Below, piece by piece: positions 32,078-42,105 of a stretch of DNA of 47,805 bases; the stretch's first letter is position 1, and every line of letters starts with the position of its first letter. Made by a program: the position numbers and the translations under genes. The stretch spans positions 1 to 47,805 of the IMG/VR virus record IMGVR_UViG_3300009537_000024; one strand, 5' to 3'. The notes beneath the pieces are model-generated. The model made no database searches. It was not told the origin of the DNA and saw only the letters and a list, made by a program, of their open reading frames with translations. This DNA is from a virus.

Positions 32078-32398
32078 GTGCCCCCTTTGTCTTGCGGCGT
32101 CTACGTCATGCTGAATGCTGCCGGCGACGTCCTGTACGTCGGCCAAACGGGCAGCTTTAAGCTCCGGATGCGCGATCACGAGCGGACAAAGAAGTGGTGG
32201 CCGCAGGTTGAAAAAATCGTGGCGTATCCATGCGCAGATGCCGACCTTCGGTTGTGTCTGGAGGCGGTGACCATCCTGCGATACCGGCCACGGCATAACC
32301 GGGCCATCAAAATCGCGCTGAAGAACACCGGGGATATCTACGAGATTCAGTTTGTGGGCACCTCATCTTACCGCAAACAGAAGCGGAAGTCAAGCTGA
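32078..32398 (+). CDS. GIY-YIG nuclease domain protein (free-standing homing-endonuclease-like)
   Basis: GVYVML..GDVLYVGQT..KLRMRDHER...E(AVTILRYRPRHN) matches GIY..YIG..R..H..E..N spacing. GTG 32078 is proposed; the ORF is open from 31985. Confidence 0.7.
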   Translation: MPPLSCGVYVMLNAAGDVLYVGQTGSFKLRMRDHERTKKWWPQVEKIVAYPCADADLRLCLEAVTILRYRPRHNRAIKIALKNTGDIYEIQFVGTSSYRKQKRKSS

Positions 32399-33003
32399 TG
32401 GCAGAGCTTGGGAAGCGCCCGAAGAAGCAGACGCGCCACCCGGTGCCCGAAGAGGAGCAGATCCAGGCGCCGGACGCGCAGCTGGAGCGTAAGAAACTCT
32501 CGGCCGCGCTCATGCAGATCGCGACCAAGGCGCTCGCCGTGTCGCCGCGGGACGTGGACGTCTACACCCCCCGCGAGCTGGACCTGAGGATTGCCGAGGC
32601 CATGTTGGCCGGCGCGATCACGTACAAGGCCATCGGTGAAGTGCTGGAAGAGAACCCGGCAGCGATTGCCCGCTACATGCGCGACCCGCTCGTGTGCGCG
32701 TGGATCAGCCGCACGGTACATGGCCACGTCCAGCATCGCCTCGGAATGGTCGACGCGGCCATGCTCAACCGCGCCATGGCGGGCAGCACCTCGGCCGCGA
32801 AGCTCCTGTACGAGCGCTACGGCCAGATGGTCCAGCGTAGTGTGAACATCAACATTGGCGGCAAGGGCGTGGACTTCACGAAGTTCGACGATGCCGATCT
32901 CGACGCCTTCATCAAGGACGCGAACAAGAATGCCGGAGTCATTGACGTCGCGCGAGGAGAAGATCAAGCTCCTCCAAGCGATCGAGGAGAGGAAGAGGCG
33001 TAA
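32398..33003 (+). CDS. terS: Putative terminase small subunit
   Basis: Sits immediately upstream of TerL and overlaps it. Basic N-terminus and an HTH-like ITYKAIGEVLEENPAAIARYM. Confidence 0.5.
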   Translation: MAELGKRPKKQTRHPVPEEEQIQAPDAQLERKKLSAALMQIATKALAVSPRDVDVYTPRELDLRIAEAMLAGAITYKAIGEVLEENPAAIARYMRDPLVCAWISRTVHGHVQHRLGMVDAAMLNRAMAGSTSAAKLLYERYGQMVQRSVNINIGGKGVDFTKFDDADLDAFIKDANKNAGVIDVARGEDQAPPSDRGEEEA

Positions 33004-34528
33004 GCGCGCAGCGCCCCTCTTCTACGCAGAGCCGCACGGCAAGCAGGTCGACTTCATCCGCGCGCAGGGCGAGAAGCGTATCGTGCTCATGTCGGGCTCG
33101 AACCGCTCGGGTAAGACCTGGGTGGCCGGCGTCGACGCGGTTGAATTCGCCTACGGCTACCGCATCCACCAGGCTGCAGCCGATGGCGCAATCGATCTGA
33201 CCGCCGAGGGCGACTACCCGCCCCGCGAGGCCGTGCCGCCTAAGTACTGGATTCGCCGGCTGGACGGCCCGCCCCTGCGCGACCAGCGCTCGATCCTTGT
33301 CGTGACCGGCCTCACCATGGAGAAGGGTATCGGGCAGATCCTGTGGCCCGAGATCGAGGGCCTGTTGCCCCTGGCGCTCCGGAGCCGGCTCCACGTCGCG
33401 CGTGGCCCACACGGCGTACCGCACCGGATCTCGCACCCCGACGGCAGCTGGCAGATCCACTTCGGCTCGATCCAGCAGGGCTCGATGGTCTTCGAGGGCC
33501 AGAAGGTCGATTACGCCCACTTCGACGAGCCGCCCAGCCGCACGGTCTTCACCGCGGTGTGGCGCGGCTGCATCGACTACTTCGCGAGCGTCGGTTTCAC
33601 TTTCACCCCGCTCGGCCACGACGCGCCCTGGCTCTATGAGGAGTTCTACGTCAACGAGCGGGACGACGTCGCCATTGTCGAGGTCGCGCCCGAGGACAAT
33701 CCGCACGTCACCGCAGAGGCATTCGCAGCATTCACGGCCGGCGTGGCACTCTCCGAAGAGGAAGAGCTGGCACGCACACGCGGTAAGTTCGGATTCCTAA
33801 CCCACCGGGCTTTCCAGAACTATGACCGCAACGTGCACCTCATCGAGCCATTCGACATTCCCCGTGAATGGCCTCGTGCGTGCTGGTGCGACCCCGCGTC
33901 ACGTCGGCCGTACTACTTCCTGTGGGCGGCCTTCGACGTCGTAAACAAGTCGTGGGTCGTGTACCGGGAGTTCCCGTACGACAAGCTGCACCACCAGTAT
34001 CGCTCCAGCTCGTGGACGATCGAGGACTACGCCACGATCTTGCGTAACCTGGAAGGACAGGAGCGTGTCGACTGCCGCGTGATCGACCCCCGCTTCGGCG
34101 TGGCGGAGTACTCAATCAAGGGGCAGAAGGTCACGTCCGTAGTCGAGGACTTTGCCAAGTTCGGCATCTACTTCGACCCGCGCGTGCCGGACACTGGGCG
34201 CGAAGAGACCGGCATCGAGCGCATTCGGCAGCTGCTGCACTACGACACGAAGCTCCCGATTGGTCCTTTCAATCGACCTAAGCTCTTCATTTTCAACACG
34301 GTCAAGTCCCTCCCCCACTCGATGGAAAACTACGCCTTCGTGGCACCCAATGCGCGGGACGATCGTGTGCTGGCGGAAAAGACCGGTGAAGCGTTCAAAG
34401 ACCCGGTGGACACTCTGCGGTACGGAATATTGTACGGGCCTCCTGCCCGCATGTCCGACCAACACAACTCCTACATCAAAGAGAGGGACTTCCTTGCTGA
34501 GAATGCGATTGACGATGATTGGCTGTAG
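32930..34528 (+). CDS. terL: Terminase large subunit
   Basis: Walker A MSGSNRSGKT, Walker B-like YAHFDEP, and C-terminal RNaseH-like nuclease acidic residues (CDPASR, VIDPRFG, DPVDTLRY). ATG 32930 chosen within ORF 32855..34528. Confidence 0.9.
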   Translation: MPESLTSREEKIKLLQAIEERKRRKRAAPLFYAEPHGKQVDFIRAQGEKRIVLMSGSNRSGKTWVAGVDAVEFAYGYRIHQAAADGAIDLTAEGDYPPREAVPPKYWIRRLDGPPLRDQRSILVVTGLTMEKGIGQILWPEIEGLLPLALRSRLHVARGPHGVPHRISHPDGSWQIHFGSIQQGSMVFEGQKVDYAHFDEPPSRTVFTAVWRGCIDYFASVGFTFTPLGHDAPWLYEEFYVNERDDVAIVEVAPEDNPHVTAEAFAAFTAGVALSEEEELARTRGKFGFLTHRAFQNYDRNVHLIEPFDIPREWPRACWCDPASRRPYYFLWAAFDVVNKSWVVYREFPYDKLHHQYRSSSWTIEDYATILRNLEGQERVDCRVIDPRFGVAEYSIKGQKVTSVVEDFAKFGIYFDPRVPDTGREETGIERIRQLLHYDTKLPIGPFNRPKLFIFNTVKSLPHSMENYAFVAPNARDDRVLAEKTGEAFKDPVDTLRYGILYGPPARMSDQHNSYIKERDFLAENAIDDDWL

Positions 34529-34757
34529 TTTGCTCGTGGGCTGCGGGACGTACGAGGTTGCAGACCCCGTCACTGGCGCGGTCACCGTAGTCAACCCCGT
34601 GGCCGAGATCGGCACGGCCGCGTATGACGCCGCGCGCGAGGCCGTGCCTGCCAGCCCCACCGATCTCATGGGATGGATCGGCGCCGGCATTGCGGCCCTG
34701 GTCGCGGCGGGAGCGACGGGGGCCAAGATCTACATGAACAAGAAGAAGAAGGCATGA
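34503..34757 (+). CDS. Lipoprotein with C-terminal transmembrane anchor (u-spanin-like architecture)
   Basis: MRLTMIGCSLLVGC lipobox-type signal, then C-terminal GWIGAGIAALVAAGATGAKIY followed by KKKK. 84 aa, overlapping the TerL 3' end. Confidence 0.4.
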   Translation: MRLTMIGCSLLVGCGTYEVADPVTGAVTVVNPVAEIGTAAYDAAREAVPASPTDLMGWIGAGIAALVAAGATGAKIYMNKKKKA

Positions 34758-35464
34758 CCAAGCAACGCACGCCCGCCACCACCATCCGCATCGCGCGTGC
34801 CTTTGAGGGTCCCCGCCACGAGCGCCTGGAGAAGGTGTGGGACTGCATCGCGGAATACGTCCAGGACGACGCGCGTCTTATCGTAGAGCCGAATAGGTCG
34901 CCGCGCATATCGCACGCTGATATCTTCGGCCGCATGTACGCCAAGGACAGCGAGGAGCCCAACAGGTTCCTGCTACTTACGGAGTACGACTGGCTGCCCG
35001 ACCTCAGCGGTGACTGGCTGCCCACGCACGTGTTCGACGAGACGGATCTCGCGGTGCTGGTCACCCAATACTACACGCGCAACCCCGAAAACATGCGGCT
35101 GCGTAAACATCAGGGTAAACCAGGCGGCTGGTACATTCTGGTCGACAAAGCTCGCGCCCCCCATATCCGCACCTTCCACGGAGAACCCGACCCCGCTAAC
35201 CAGCTGTCCAGCGAAGCCGACGCGCTGATTCTGCCCGGTGAGGACTGCTACCCGCTCCACTACGGGGTCGAGTACCCCATGGGCACTCACCTGTTCTGGT
35301 CGCGCCACTACCACGACGGTGACGACGACGATGTGGTTGCGGGTGTCCGCCTCGGCGACATGCGCGTCCTGCACGACCAGGCCGTCACACTTTGGCTTCG
35401 GCTCCAGCCGACCGAGTTTCTCAAACTCGTACTGGGCCGTCACCCGGAGATTCTTGATGCGTAA
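34754..35464 (+). CDS. Hypothetical protein (236 aa), possibly GT-A-like
   Basis: ATGA coupling. LLLTEYDWLP acidic motif and a DGDDDD tract; no firm family assignment. Confidence 0.5.
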   Translation: MTKQRTPATTIRIARAFEGPRHERLEKVWDCIAEYVQDDARLIVEPNRSPRISHADIFGRMYAKDSEEPNRFLLLTEYDWLPDLSGDWLPTHVFDETDLAVLVTQYYTRNPENMRLRKHQGKPGGWYILVDKARAPHIRTFHGEPDPANQLSSEADALILPGEDCYPLHYGVEYPMGTHLFWSRHYHDGDDDDVVAGVRLGDMRVLHDQAVTLWLRLQPTEFLKLVLGRHPEILDA

Positions 35465-36170
35465 CCGAGTCCCCACGACCGCCCGCCGCTTCGGCATTAT
35501 GTTGAGGGTTCATCGCCGCCACCAGTATCTGAAGCGGATCTTTGACAACTTTCGCAAGCTGGCACAAGGCCGGGAAGTGTTCATCTCGATTCAGGTCGAT
35601 CGTCCCACCCCCGAGGTAGCGGCGCGATTGGGCAAGCTTGTGGAGAAGCTACCCCAGAGCATCAAGGTCGGCTTTATGGAGTCACCGTTCCCGCTCCTGG
35701 AGCGTAAAGAGCGGTATATGGAGGCGCTCCAGATCCAGTACGAGCATCTTAAGGACTTAGCGGCTCGGGATCTACAAGCCGCGGCACTCTGGGATGACGA
35801 TTTTTGGCTTAGCCCCCGAGGGCTGCGTGAGCTTCGAGGGCACCTGGACATTTTGGAGGTTGATCGCGTAGAGGCGCGCAGCATTTTCCTATGGGACAAC
35901 CCCGAACAGCACAACACCAACTTTCCGCCGCATTGGCAGGCGCTGGTCTTCCGCGTCTTCCCCAGCGACAACTTCCCTCGCGACTACACCGTCCACTGTC
36001 CCGTCCGCGCCGCCGCCGGGTCCAGTACCCGGCTGAAGAATCCGCTGCTGAACGCGGGGTATATGGACGAAGAGGACCGGCGGCTGACCTGGTTGGCGTA
36101 CCGGCGCGCGGGTAAGATCGACGCACATACAATTAAACTAACCCTACCCCCGACCTTGGAGAAGGTGTAA
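35457..36170 (+). CDS. Putative GT-A-fold glycosyltransferase-like protein (237 aa)
   Basis: N-terminal beta-alpha start (FGIMLRVHRR..L..I..) and a DxD-like ALWDDDFWL; weak, motif-level only. Confidence 0.4.
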   Translation: MRNRVPTTARRFGIMLRVHRRHQYLKRIFDNFRKLAQGREVFISIQVDRPTPEVAARLGKLVEKLPQSIKVGFMESPFPLLERKERYMEALQIQYEHLKDLAARDLQAAALWDDDFWLSPRGLRELRGHLDILEVDRVEARSIFLWDNPEQHNTNFPPHWQALVFRVFPSDNFPRDYTVHCPVRAAAGSSTRLKNPLLNAGYMDEEDRRLTWLAYRRAGKIDAHTIKLTLPPTLEKV

Positions 36171-38197
36171 TGGCAATCACCCGGATGAATCCCGTTAGCG
36201 TGGAGGTCGTGGGCGACTATGTTGATTCGCTCTCAGACCAGATCGACAAGTTGGTCAAGCGCGTCGAGGACGTCGACAACGCCAACGCGGGGTGGACCCG
36301 GAAGCAGCTTAACTACATCAAGGCGCGCACCGGAAAACGCAAGCAGAAGCGCGTGCCTTGGGTCGGGGCGAGCAACATCAACGTCCCCCTCGTGGACGGC
36401 ATCATTCGCCGCTGGCGCCCTGGCATTACGTCACTGGTGCTGGACGCCAACCCCGTCGCGTTCTTTGTGGCGCGGGAGCCGGGCGACTTCGATCCTGCCC
36501 GCGTGGTCGAGCCCTTCTTCACCTGGCTCTTCGTCGACCACATGGACACGCCCCGCGAGGTGGCGCGACTCGTGGACCTGATCGCCTCGCGCGGGCACGC
36601 ATACGCCCGCGAAGGCTGGAAGTACGAGACCCAGCGCCAGGCACGCATCGCGCGCGTCGAGTCACTGTTCCCCGAGGGGCTGGAGGCGTACCTGCAGGGT
36701 CAAGCGCAGGCGCAGGAGCAGGCCAAAGCTGTGGGCGCCGTGTCTCAGGACGAGAACTTCTCTCCTGTCGCAGCCGTCATGAAGCGGATCGCGGACGAGT
36801 ACGGCATGAGCATCAACGACCCACAGGAGCGTGATTACCTCCTGCTGGCCGCAAACATGTTCCTGCAGGGGGCGCCTGCGGTGAAGCTCGTGTATGAGTC
36901 AGTGAAGCATGACCGCCCCGAATGGTACGCGTTGGACCCGGTCAACGTCATTACCGAGCGCTGCGGCGACCCGGAGATGGCCGACTTCTTTGTGGTCATT
37001 CACGAGTTGACGCAGGACGAACTCAAGCGCATGGCCCGCGACGGCCGCTTCCCGTCTGGGCGCGCACAGGGGCTGGGCAAGAAAGTGGAGGAGCGCGGCA
37101 ACCGTGATTCCAGTATGGGCAATCGGTCCGGAGGGGCGGGCGGCAGCATGGCCCGCCGGCAGATCCGTGATTATATGGATCGGCGCTCCGGTGTTTTCAC
37201 AAACAAGAAAATTCGAAAACAAGACCATCTCGTAACACTGTGGGAAACGTATTGTAACCTGGACATCAACGGCGACGGCCTCCAGGAGCGGTGCGTGGTC
37301 TGGTACGCTCCGGAGCACAAGTATGTGCTGGACGCGCGGGAGTTTCTCCTGCCCGTGGATACTTGGCCCATTACCGTGTACCAATTCGAGGCGCACGCGG
37401 AATCGCCCACCGACTCGCGCGGTGTACCTGAGCTGCTGTCCGAGCTGCACAAGCTGGTCAACGCCTTCCACAACGCGCGCATTGACGCAAGCCAAATCAT
37501 CCTCGCCCCGGTCATGCAGCGCCGGGCTACGGCAGGGGATTACGCCCAGTCTATTCAGTGGCGCCCCGGGGCAATTATCCCCGTACAGCAGGTGGGGGAC
37601 GTCGCGCCGATTGACCAGAACCTCAACATCCTGGTGGGCCTCCTCCAAGAGGAGCAGAATGAACAGCGTATCGCGGAGTCCTACATCGGGACCTTCGACG
37701 CCACCATCAACCAGCTCAACCAGCCCACCGAGCGCCGCACGGCCACCGAGGTCAGTGCGATCACCCAACTCGCGCAGAACGTTTTCGGCCTCGACGCGCG
37801 CATGTTCCAAGTTTCCATGGCTCGCAGCTTCAGGAAGATCTGGCAGCTGTGGCTCGAATACGGGCCGGAGGAGATCTTCTTCCGGGTCACCGGCGAGCAG
37901 CAGCCGCGGCTCGCCCAGAAGTCGGAGATCGCGCGCCTTTACGACATCACCCCCGCGGGCACCCCTTCGTCCACCAATAAGGCATATCTCATGGCCTCGA
38001 TGGAAAAGGTGCTGCAGATCGTCATTAGCGACCAGTCGGGCCGCTTCGACGTAGGCGCGCTGCTCGAAGCGTACTTTAAGTTGATCGACCTCAACCTTGC
38101 CAAAATGGTCGTCCGCACGCAGGAGCAGACCCAGCAGGCACAACAGATCATGCAAGCCGCCGCTGCGCTGAGCGGAGGAGAAATACAGCCATTCTAA
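36170..38197 (+). CDS. Portal protein
   Basis: 675 aa, between the terminase region and scaffold/capsid. Acidic/Gln-rich C-terminus; typical size and position. Confidence 0.8.
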   Translation: MAITRMNPVSVEVVGDYVDSLSDQIDKLVKRVEDVDNANAGWTRKQLNYIKARTGKRKQKRVPWVGASNINVPLVDGIIRRWRPGITSLVLDANPVAFFVAREPGDFDPARVVEPFFTWLFVDHMDTPREVARLVDLIASRGHAYAREGWKYETQRQARIARVESLFPEGLEAYLQGQAQAQEQAKAVGAVSQDENFSPVAAVMKRIADEYGMSINDPQERDYLLLAANMFLQGAPAVKLVYESVKHDRPEWYALDPVNVITERCGDPEMADFFVVIHELTQDELKRMARDGRFPSGRAQGLGKKVEERGNRDSSMGNRSGGAGGSMARRQIRDYMDRRSGVFTNKKIRKQDHLVTLWETYCNLDINGDGLQERCVVWYAPEHKYVLDAREFLLPVDTWPITVYQFEAHAESPTDSRGVPELLSELHKLVNAFHNARIDASQIILAPVMQRRATAGDYAQSIQWRPGAIIPVQQVGDVAPIDQNLNILVGLLQEEQNEQRIAESYIGTFDATINQLNQPTERRTATEVSAITQLAQNVFGLDARMFQVSMARSFRKIWQLWLEYGPEEIFFRVTGEQQPRLAQKSEIARLYDITPAGTPSSTNKAYLMASMEKVLQIVISDQSGRFDVGALLEAYFKLIDLNLAKMVVRTQEQTQQAQQIMQAAAALSGGEIQPF

Positions 38198-38214
38198 GAC
38201 CAAAGTAGGTACCT

Positions 38215-38457
38215 ATGGACCTAACCAATGAGGAACTGCTGCGCACTGTGCGACAGTGCTTGGCGAACACCGAACTTATGACCGCGCTGCGCGAGTTGCT
38301 GGCACGAGCCGACGCCGACGCACTGGCCACCATTCGGGGGTCTGCGTCCGAGGCCGATTTCCAGGAGGCCCGCGAGACCCTGCGCGCAAACGAACGCTTC
38401 CGCTACTACTTCAGAGCGGCACGCAAGGAAACCGAGAAGGACCCTTTCAATGGCTGA
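38215..38457 (+). CDS. Hypothetical head-module protein (80 aa)
   Basis: Clean ORF between portal and scaffold. Confidence 0.6.
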   Translation: MDLTNEELLRTVRQCLANTELMTALRELLARADADALATIRGSASEADFQEARETLRANERFRYYFRAARKETEKDPFNG

Positions 38458-39163
38458 CGAAGCACAGACCGCCAACACCGAAGACCGAATCAACTCGCTG
38501 CTTGCCAAGAGCGAAGCAGCCAGCGCCCAGGCTGAGTCCGCAGCGGCGTCCAACGCGCTGCTCACGCAGAGACTCGCCAGGTTAGAAGAGACACTGTCCG
38601 GGATTTCGCGACCACGCCAGTCGGAGACGCCGCCCAAAGTCGCGTCTACGGAGAAGGCGTCGGGGTCGGACATCGCGGAAATAGTGAAGGGCATCGTCCA
38701 AGAGGCGATTGGCCCGCTTGTGCAGGAGCGCGAAGAGCGTAAGGCACAGGAGACGCGAGCCGCGAGGCACAACGCCGCCTGGTCCAGGGCTGTTGCGGAG
38801 AACCCCGAGTTGTCCGATGCGGCCTCACCCCTGCGCAAGACTGCGGAGCGTATCTGGGAAGGCAGGCCCGACCTGCAGGTCCTGGACGACGCACCGCTAA
38901 TCGTAGCGAACTTGGCCAGGTCGTTCCTGGTCACGGAGCGCGCGACCGAGCAAGGCAAGACCGAAGTGAAGCGACAGGCAGGGGTTACTCGCCCCGTGCC
39001 GGTGACTCAGCGAACACAGTTCACTGAGTCAGAAAAGGATCAGGCAGTCAGTGATGTGCGCGAGGACGCAGCGGAACACGGCGTAAGCGCCGGTGCCGGG
39101 CCTCGCACATTCACCAACCTGTTCCGGGCCTCGCTCACGGAGGCACTTAAAAAGGCAGAGTAA
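38450..39163 (+). CDS. Scaffolding protein
   Basis: 237 aa, helical, A/E/Q/R-rich, directly upstream of the capsid gene. Confidence 0.7.
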   Translation: MADEAQTANTEDRINSLLAKSEAASAQAESAAASNALLTQRLARLEETLSGISRPRQSETPPKVASTEKASGSDIAEIVKGIVQEAIGPLVQEREERKAQETRAARHNAAWSRAVAENPELSDAASPLRKTAERIWEGRPDLQVLDDAPLIVANLARSFLVTERATEQGKTEVKRQAGVTRPVPVTQRTQFTESEKDQAVSDVREDAAEHGVSAGAGPRTFTNLFRASLTEALKKAE

Positions 39164-40114
39164 ATGGCAACTCTTGTAACTTGGGATGAATTCTCTGGTA
39201 CCGAGGTGAAGGGCGGGACGATCAAGGAGATCGTCATGGCCGAGGTGGCCAACCTGGTCGCCACGGACCGGCCGCTTATGTCGATCCTGGGTGTGGAGGA
39301 TGTCGAATCGACGTTCGTCGAGCGCCTGGAGGACACTCTCGGCTCCCGCGGGCATAATGCCGTGTCGGAAGGTCAGCCGTTCACCGCGCCGGACCTCACG
39401 ACCGCGAGCCGTCTGGGCTACCACGTCCAGCGATTCGCCAAGTGGGGCCAGGTCTCGGATGAGCAGCGGGACACCGCGCACTACAACGAGGACCCGTTCA
39501 GCTACCAGGTCGGCAAGTCGACGGACGAGATGCTGAACGACGTCGAGCATACGCTGCATCGCGGCACCGTGGCCTCGGGCGCGTCGGGTACTGCCCGCCA
39601 GCTCGAAGGTCTCATCTCGGTGTTCAACGTGGCGGGCACGGTGACGTTCCAGACGAACTCCTCCGGCACGACGTTCACGGAGCAGCAGTTCATCGCGCGG
39701 CTCCAGGCATTCAAGGACAACAACCTCACCACGAACCCGCGTGTCGCGCTCGTGAACTCTTGGCTCAAGCGCTCCATCTCGGAGTTCTCGACCAAGATCA
39801 CGCGCAACCTCGATGCGGTGGGTGCCCGGCAGATCCTCCTCATCGAGCGGCATACGTCCGACTTTGGTGATGTGGATGTCGTGTACACGCGCGATCAGCT
39901 CAACGCCGCGTCGGCGACCGTGAACGGTAACTCGTTCATTGTCATCGATCCGGAGATGTTCTCGACTGGTTGGTTCAAGCGACCGACCTTCGAGCAGCTG
40001 TCTCGCGACGGGTTCCGCGACCGCTTCCAGATGACGACCCAGCTGACGCTGCTCTACAAGAGCCGCAACGGCGGTGGTGGTGGTTTGGGCTACGTCGCGA
40101 ACGTCACTCTCTAA
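39164..40114 (+). CDS. Major capsid protein (HK97 fold, SU10/DUF5309-like)
   Basis: 316 aa. N-terminal pattern ..ATDRPLMSILG...E.LEDTL....NAVSEG resembles SU10-type capsid proteins. Followed by a strong terminator. Confidence 0.8.
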   Translation: MATLVTWDEFSGTEVKGGTIKEIVMAEVANLVATDRPLMSILGVEDVESTFVERLEDTLGSRGHNAVSEGQPFTAPDLTTASRLGYHVQRFAKWGQVSDEQRDTAHYNEDPFSYQVGKSTDEMLNDVEHTLHRGTVASGASGTARQLEGLISVFNVAGTVTFQTNSSGTTFTEQQFIARLQAFKDNNLTTNPRVALVNSWLKRSISEFSTKITRNLDAVGARQILLIERHTSDFGDVDVVYTRDQLNAASATVNGNSFIVIDPEMFSTGWFKRPTFEQLSRDGFRDRFQMTTQLTLLYKSRNGGGGGLGYVANVTL

Positions 40115-40122
40115 CCCACTGA

Positions 40123-40166
40123 GGCGCTGGGGGCAGGCCCTGAAAACCTGTCCCCTCGCCTTTTTT
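40123..40166 (+). terminator. Rho-independent terminator after the capsid gene
   Basis: ggcgctgggggcagg-ccctgaaaa-cctgtcccctcgcc followed by tttttt; 9-bp GC stem (one G-U) plus an outer ggcg/cgcc extension. Confidence 0.8.
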
Positions 40167-40177
40167 CTGGAGTTCCC

Positions 40178-40318
40178 ATGGCCGATAACGCCAAGAAAAA
40201 GAAGAAGGTGGGGGATACCACCCTGTTCGAGAAGATTTTTGGGAAGCCCGCGGGCACTGGGGTAGCCGGCTCCATGGGCAACCCCGACCGGAATCGAAAA
40301 CCGAAGAAGAAGAAGTAG
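40178..40318 (+). CDS. Small basic protein (46 aa)
   Basis: MADNAKKKKKVGDTTLFEKIFGKPAGTGVAGSMGNPDRNRKPKKKK; below the ORF-track cutoff. Confidence 0.4.
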   Translation: MADNAKKKKKVGDTTLFEKIFGKPAGTGVAGSMGNPDRNRKPKKKK

Positions 40319-40321
40319 TAC

Positions 40322-40666
40322 ATGGCCGTCATCCATACCAGCGACAAGGAAAAGAAACGCCGCCTCATGAAGGCTGTCATCGACGCCTGCATGCAGCTTT
40401 GTCCGTGGTATCTCGATGAATGCGTCCAGGCGCTCAAAGAGACGAAGAAGTCCGAATTCGACCCGAAGACCGGCAAACTCCGTGCCGAGGCGCGGGGCGA
40501 CATGGAGCACGGCGGCTACATCCGCGTACGCTTTCCTCGTGAGCTATTCTTTCTCATGCGGCGCTTTTGGCCTACGTTCGGGGACGATGACTCCGACCTG
40601 AAGCTGCTTGCTGATGAGTTCCCTGACCTTGTCCAACACCGCGGCGGGAGACACGTACACCAATGA
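40322..40666 (+). CDS. Hypothetical virion-module protein (114 aa)
   Basis: Clean ORF, ATGA coupling downstream. Confidence 0.6.
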   Translation: MAVIHTSDKEKKRRLMKAVIDACMQLCPWYLDECVQALKETKKSEFDPKTGKLRAEARGDMEHGGYIRVRFPRELFFLMRRFWPTFGDDDSDLKLLADEFPDLVQHRGGRHVHQ

Positions 40667-40995
40667 GTCGGTCTATTCAGAAAGATCTCACCGATTTCTT
40701 CGGGCGCTCGCTGGGCGTTACTCACGGTACGTTCAGCACCGTGGTAACTTTGCCTGATGCAGTCAATCTCCTGCAGGTGCAGTTCGATTGTGCGACCACA
40801 TCGTCCGATAGCACATTCCGCATTAGTCGAAGCGGCGCGCGCATTAAAACGGGTTCCTTCGCAGCCGGCCCCGGCACACGTGAAGTGACCTGGCTTGGCC
40901 GTGTGATTCACTGCCCGGAGGGAGTGGTCTTCACCAGAGATAGCGCTGATTCCCATCAACTGTTCTACACGCTGATCTACTCACTGCCGCACTAA
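40663..40995 (+). CDS. Hypothetical virion-module protein (110 aa)
   Basis: Clean ORF. Confidence 0.6.
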   Translation: MSRSIQKDLTDFFGRSLGVTHGTFSTVVTLPDAVNLLQVQFDCATTSSDSTFRISRSGARIKTGSFAAGPGTREVTWLGRVIHCPEGVVFTRDSADSHQLFYTLIYSLPH

Positions 40996-40996
40996 C

Positions 40997-41812
40997 ATGC
41001 CAATCAGTGCAGAGCCCACCAGTGTCTGGCTGCTGGATGAACTCAGTGGAAACGATCGGGTAGATAGCCTCGGCGGCCCCAGCTTCGTCGACGCGGATGC
41101 GGGCACCCCCACGGCCTCTAACGCCACGGCCCTCTTCGGTCGCAGCGCAGATTTCACAGCCAAGACGGCGTATCTGCGCATGGCCGCCACGACCTCGGTG
41201 AACCCGCAGGGCACCTTTTCGCTTGCAGTTGGGATACGCTTTGCCAACAGTAACCACCAGCAGGCTTACCTGGTGGCGAAGCGAGATTTTGCGGGAGACG
41301 TGGCAGACAGATTTTGGTTTATCGATCATCTCGATACGACCAACGCGCCGGAGCGCTTTCGGTTTGTTCTGCGCAATTCAGCGAATAGCGCCGATCAAAC
41401 TGTGGAATTCGCGCACGTGCCTACCGACAATGCTTGGATCCTCGTTATCGCAAAGTATGACGCTACCGCACAAGTTGTGGGGTTGTCGGTCAACGGCAGC
41501 GCTTTCACCACGGCGGCCGCCACGGGGGGCATACGCACAGACGCAGCCACGATTGTAACGTCCCTGGCTAAGGAGGGCGATGCTGCCGTCACCGCCAATA
41601 CGGGGCGCGGCTCACAGCTGCTGGACCACCTGATGTACTGGGACGGCGACGCGCTGTCTGACGCGGATGCGTCGTTTTTGTACAACGACGGCAATTGGCA
41701 GGATTATCCCTTTTCTTCGCCCGAGGCTGTAGTGGCCAGCGTGGGAGATGGGAGCCTTGGACCCGGCGGGCGCGCTCGAATATATAACGCTATTTTCCTG
41801 TTGGGGGGATGA
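40997..41812 (+). CDS. LamG/concanavalin-A-like lectin domain protein
   Basis: FSLAVGIRF...YLVAKRD...FVLRNS...WILVIAKYD...LSVNG and a terminal LDHLMYWDGDALSDADASFLYNDG follow the LamG beta-sandwich pattern. Confidence 0.55.
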   Translation: MPISAEPTSVWLLDELSGNDRVDSLGGPSFVDADAGTPTASNATALFGRSADFTAKTAYLRMAATTSVNPQGTFSLAVGIRFANSNHQQAYLVAKRDFAGDVADRFWFIDHLDTTNAPERFRFVLRNSANSADQTVEFAHVPTDNAWILVIAKYDATAQVVGLSVNGSAFTTAAATGGIRTDAATIVTSLAKEGDAAVTANTGRGSQLLDHLMYWDGDALSDADASFLYNDGNWQDYPFSSPEAVVASVGDGSLGPGGRARIYNAIFLLGG

Positions 41813-42105
41813 TAATGGCTCTTCTCGATCGATTAATCGACGGCGGTGAAAGCGGAAAGATTCCGGTGCATACCTTCATGGCCGCGGTCGGGGAGGTGCG
41901 CGACGGTGAGGCGACACTCGCGCAGCTCGCAGCGGCCTTTAACCTCGATGCGCAGGAACAAGCGCAGCTCGCCGAACTCGGGACACGGCTCGCGGCGGAT
42001 GCCTTCACTGCCGACGGCGTGCTGCACCGTGTGTTGATCCTTGGCGAGGCAGGGCTCTACGACAAGGCGCGCATCAAGACGCGGCTCGGACTCGCACTTG
42101 GCTAA
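41809..42105 (+). CDS. Hypothetical protein (98 aa)
   Basis: Clean ORF, overlapping both neighbours. Confidence 0.6.
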   Translation: MIMALLDRLIDGGESGKIPVHTFMAAVGEVRDGEATLAQLAAAFNLDAQEQAQLAELGTRLAADAFTADGVLHRVLILGEAGLYDKARIKTRLGLALG

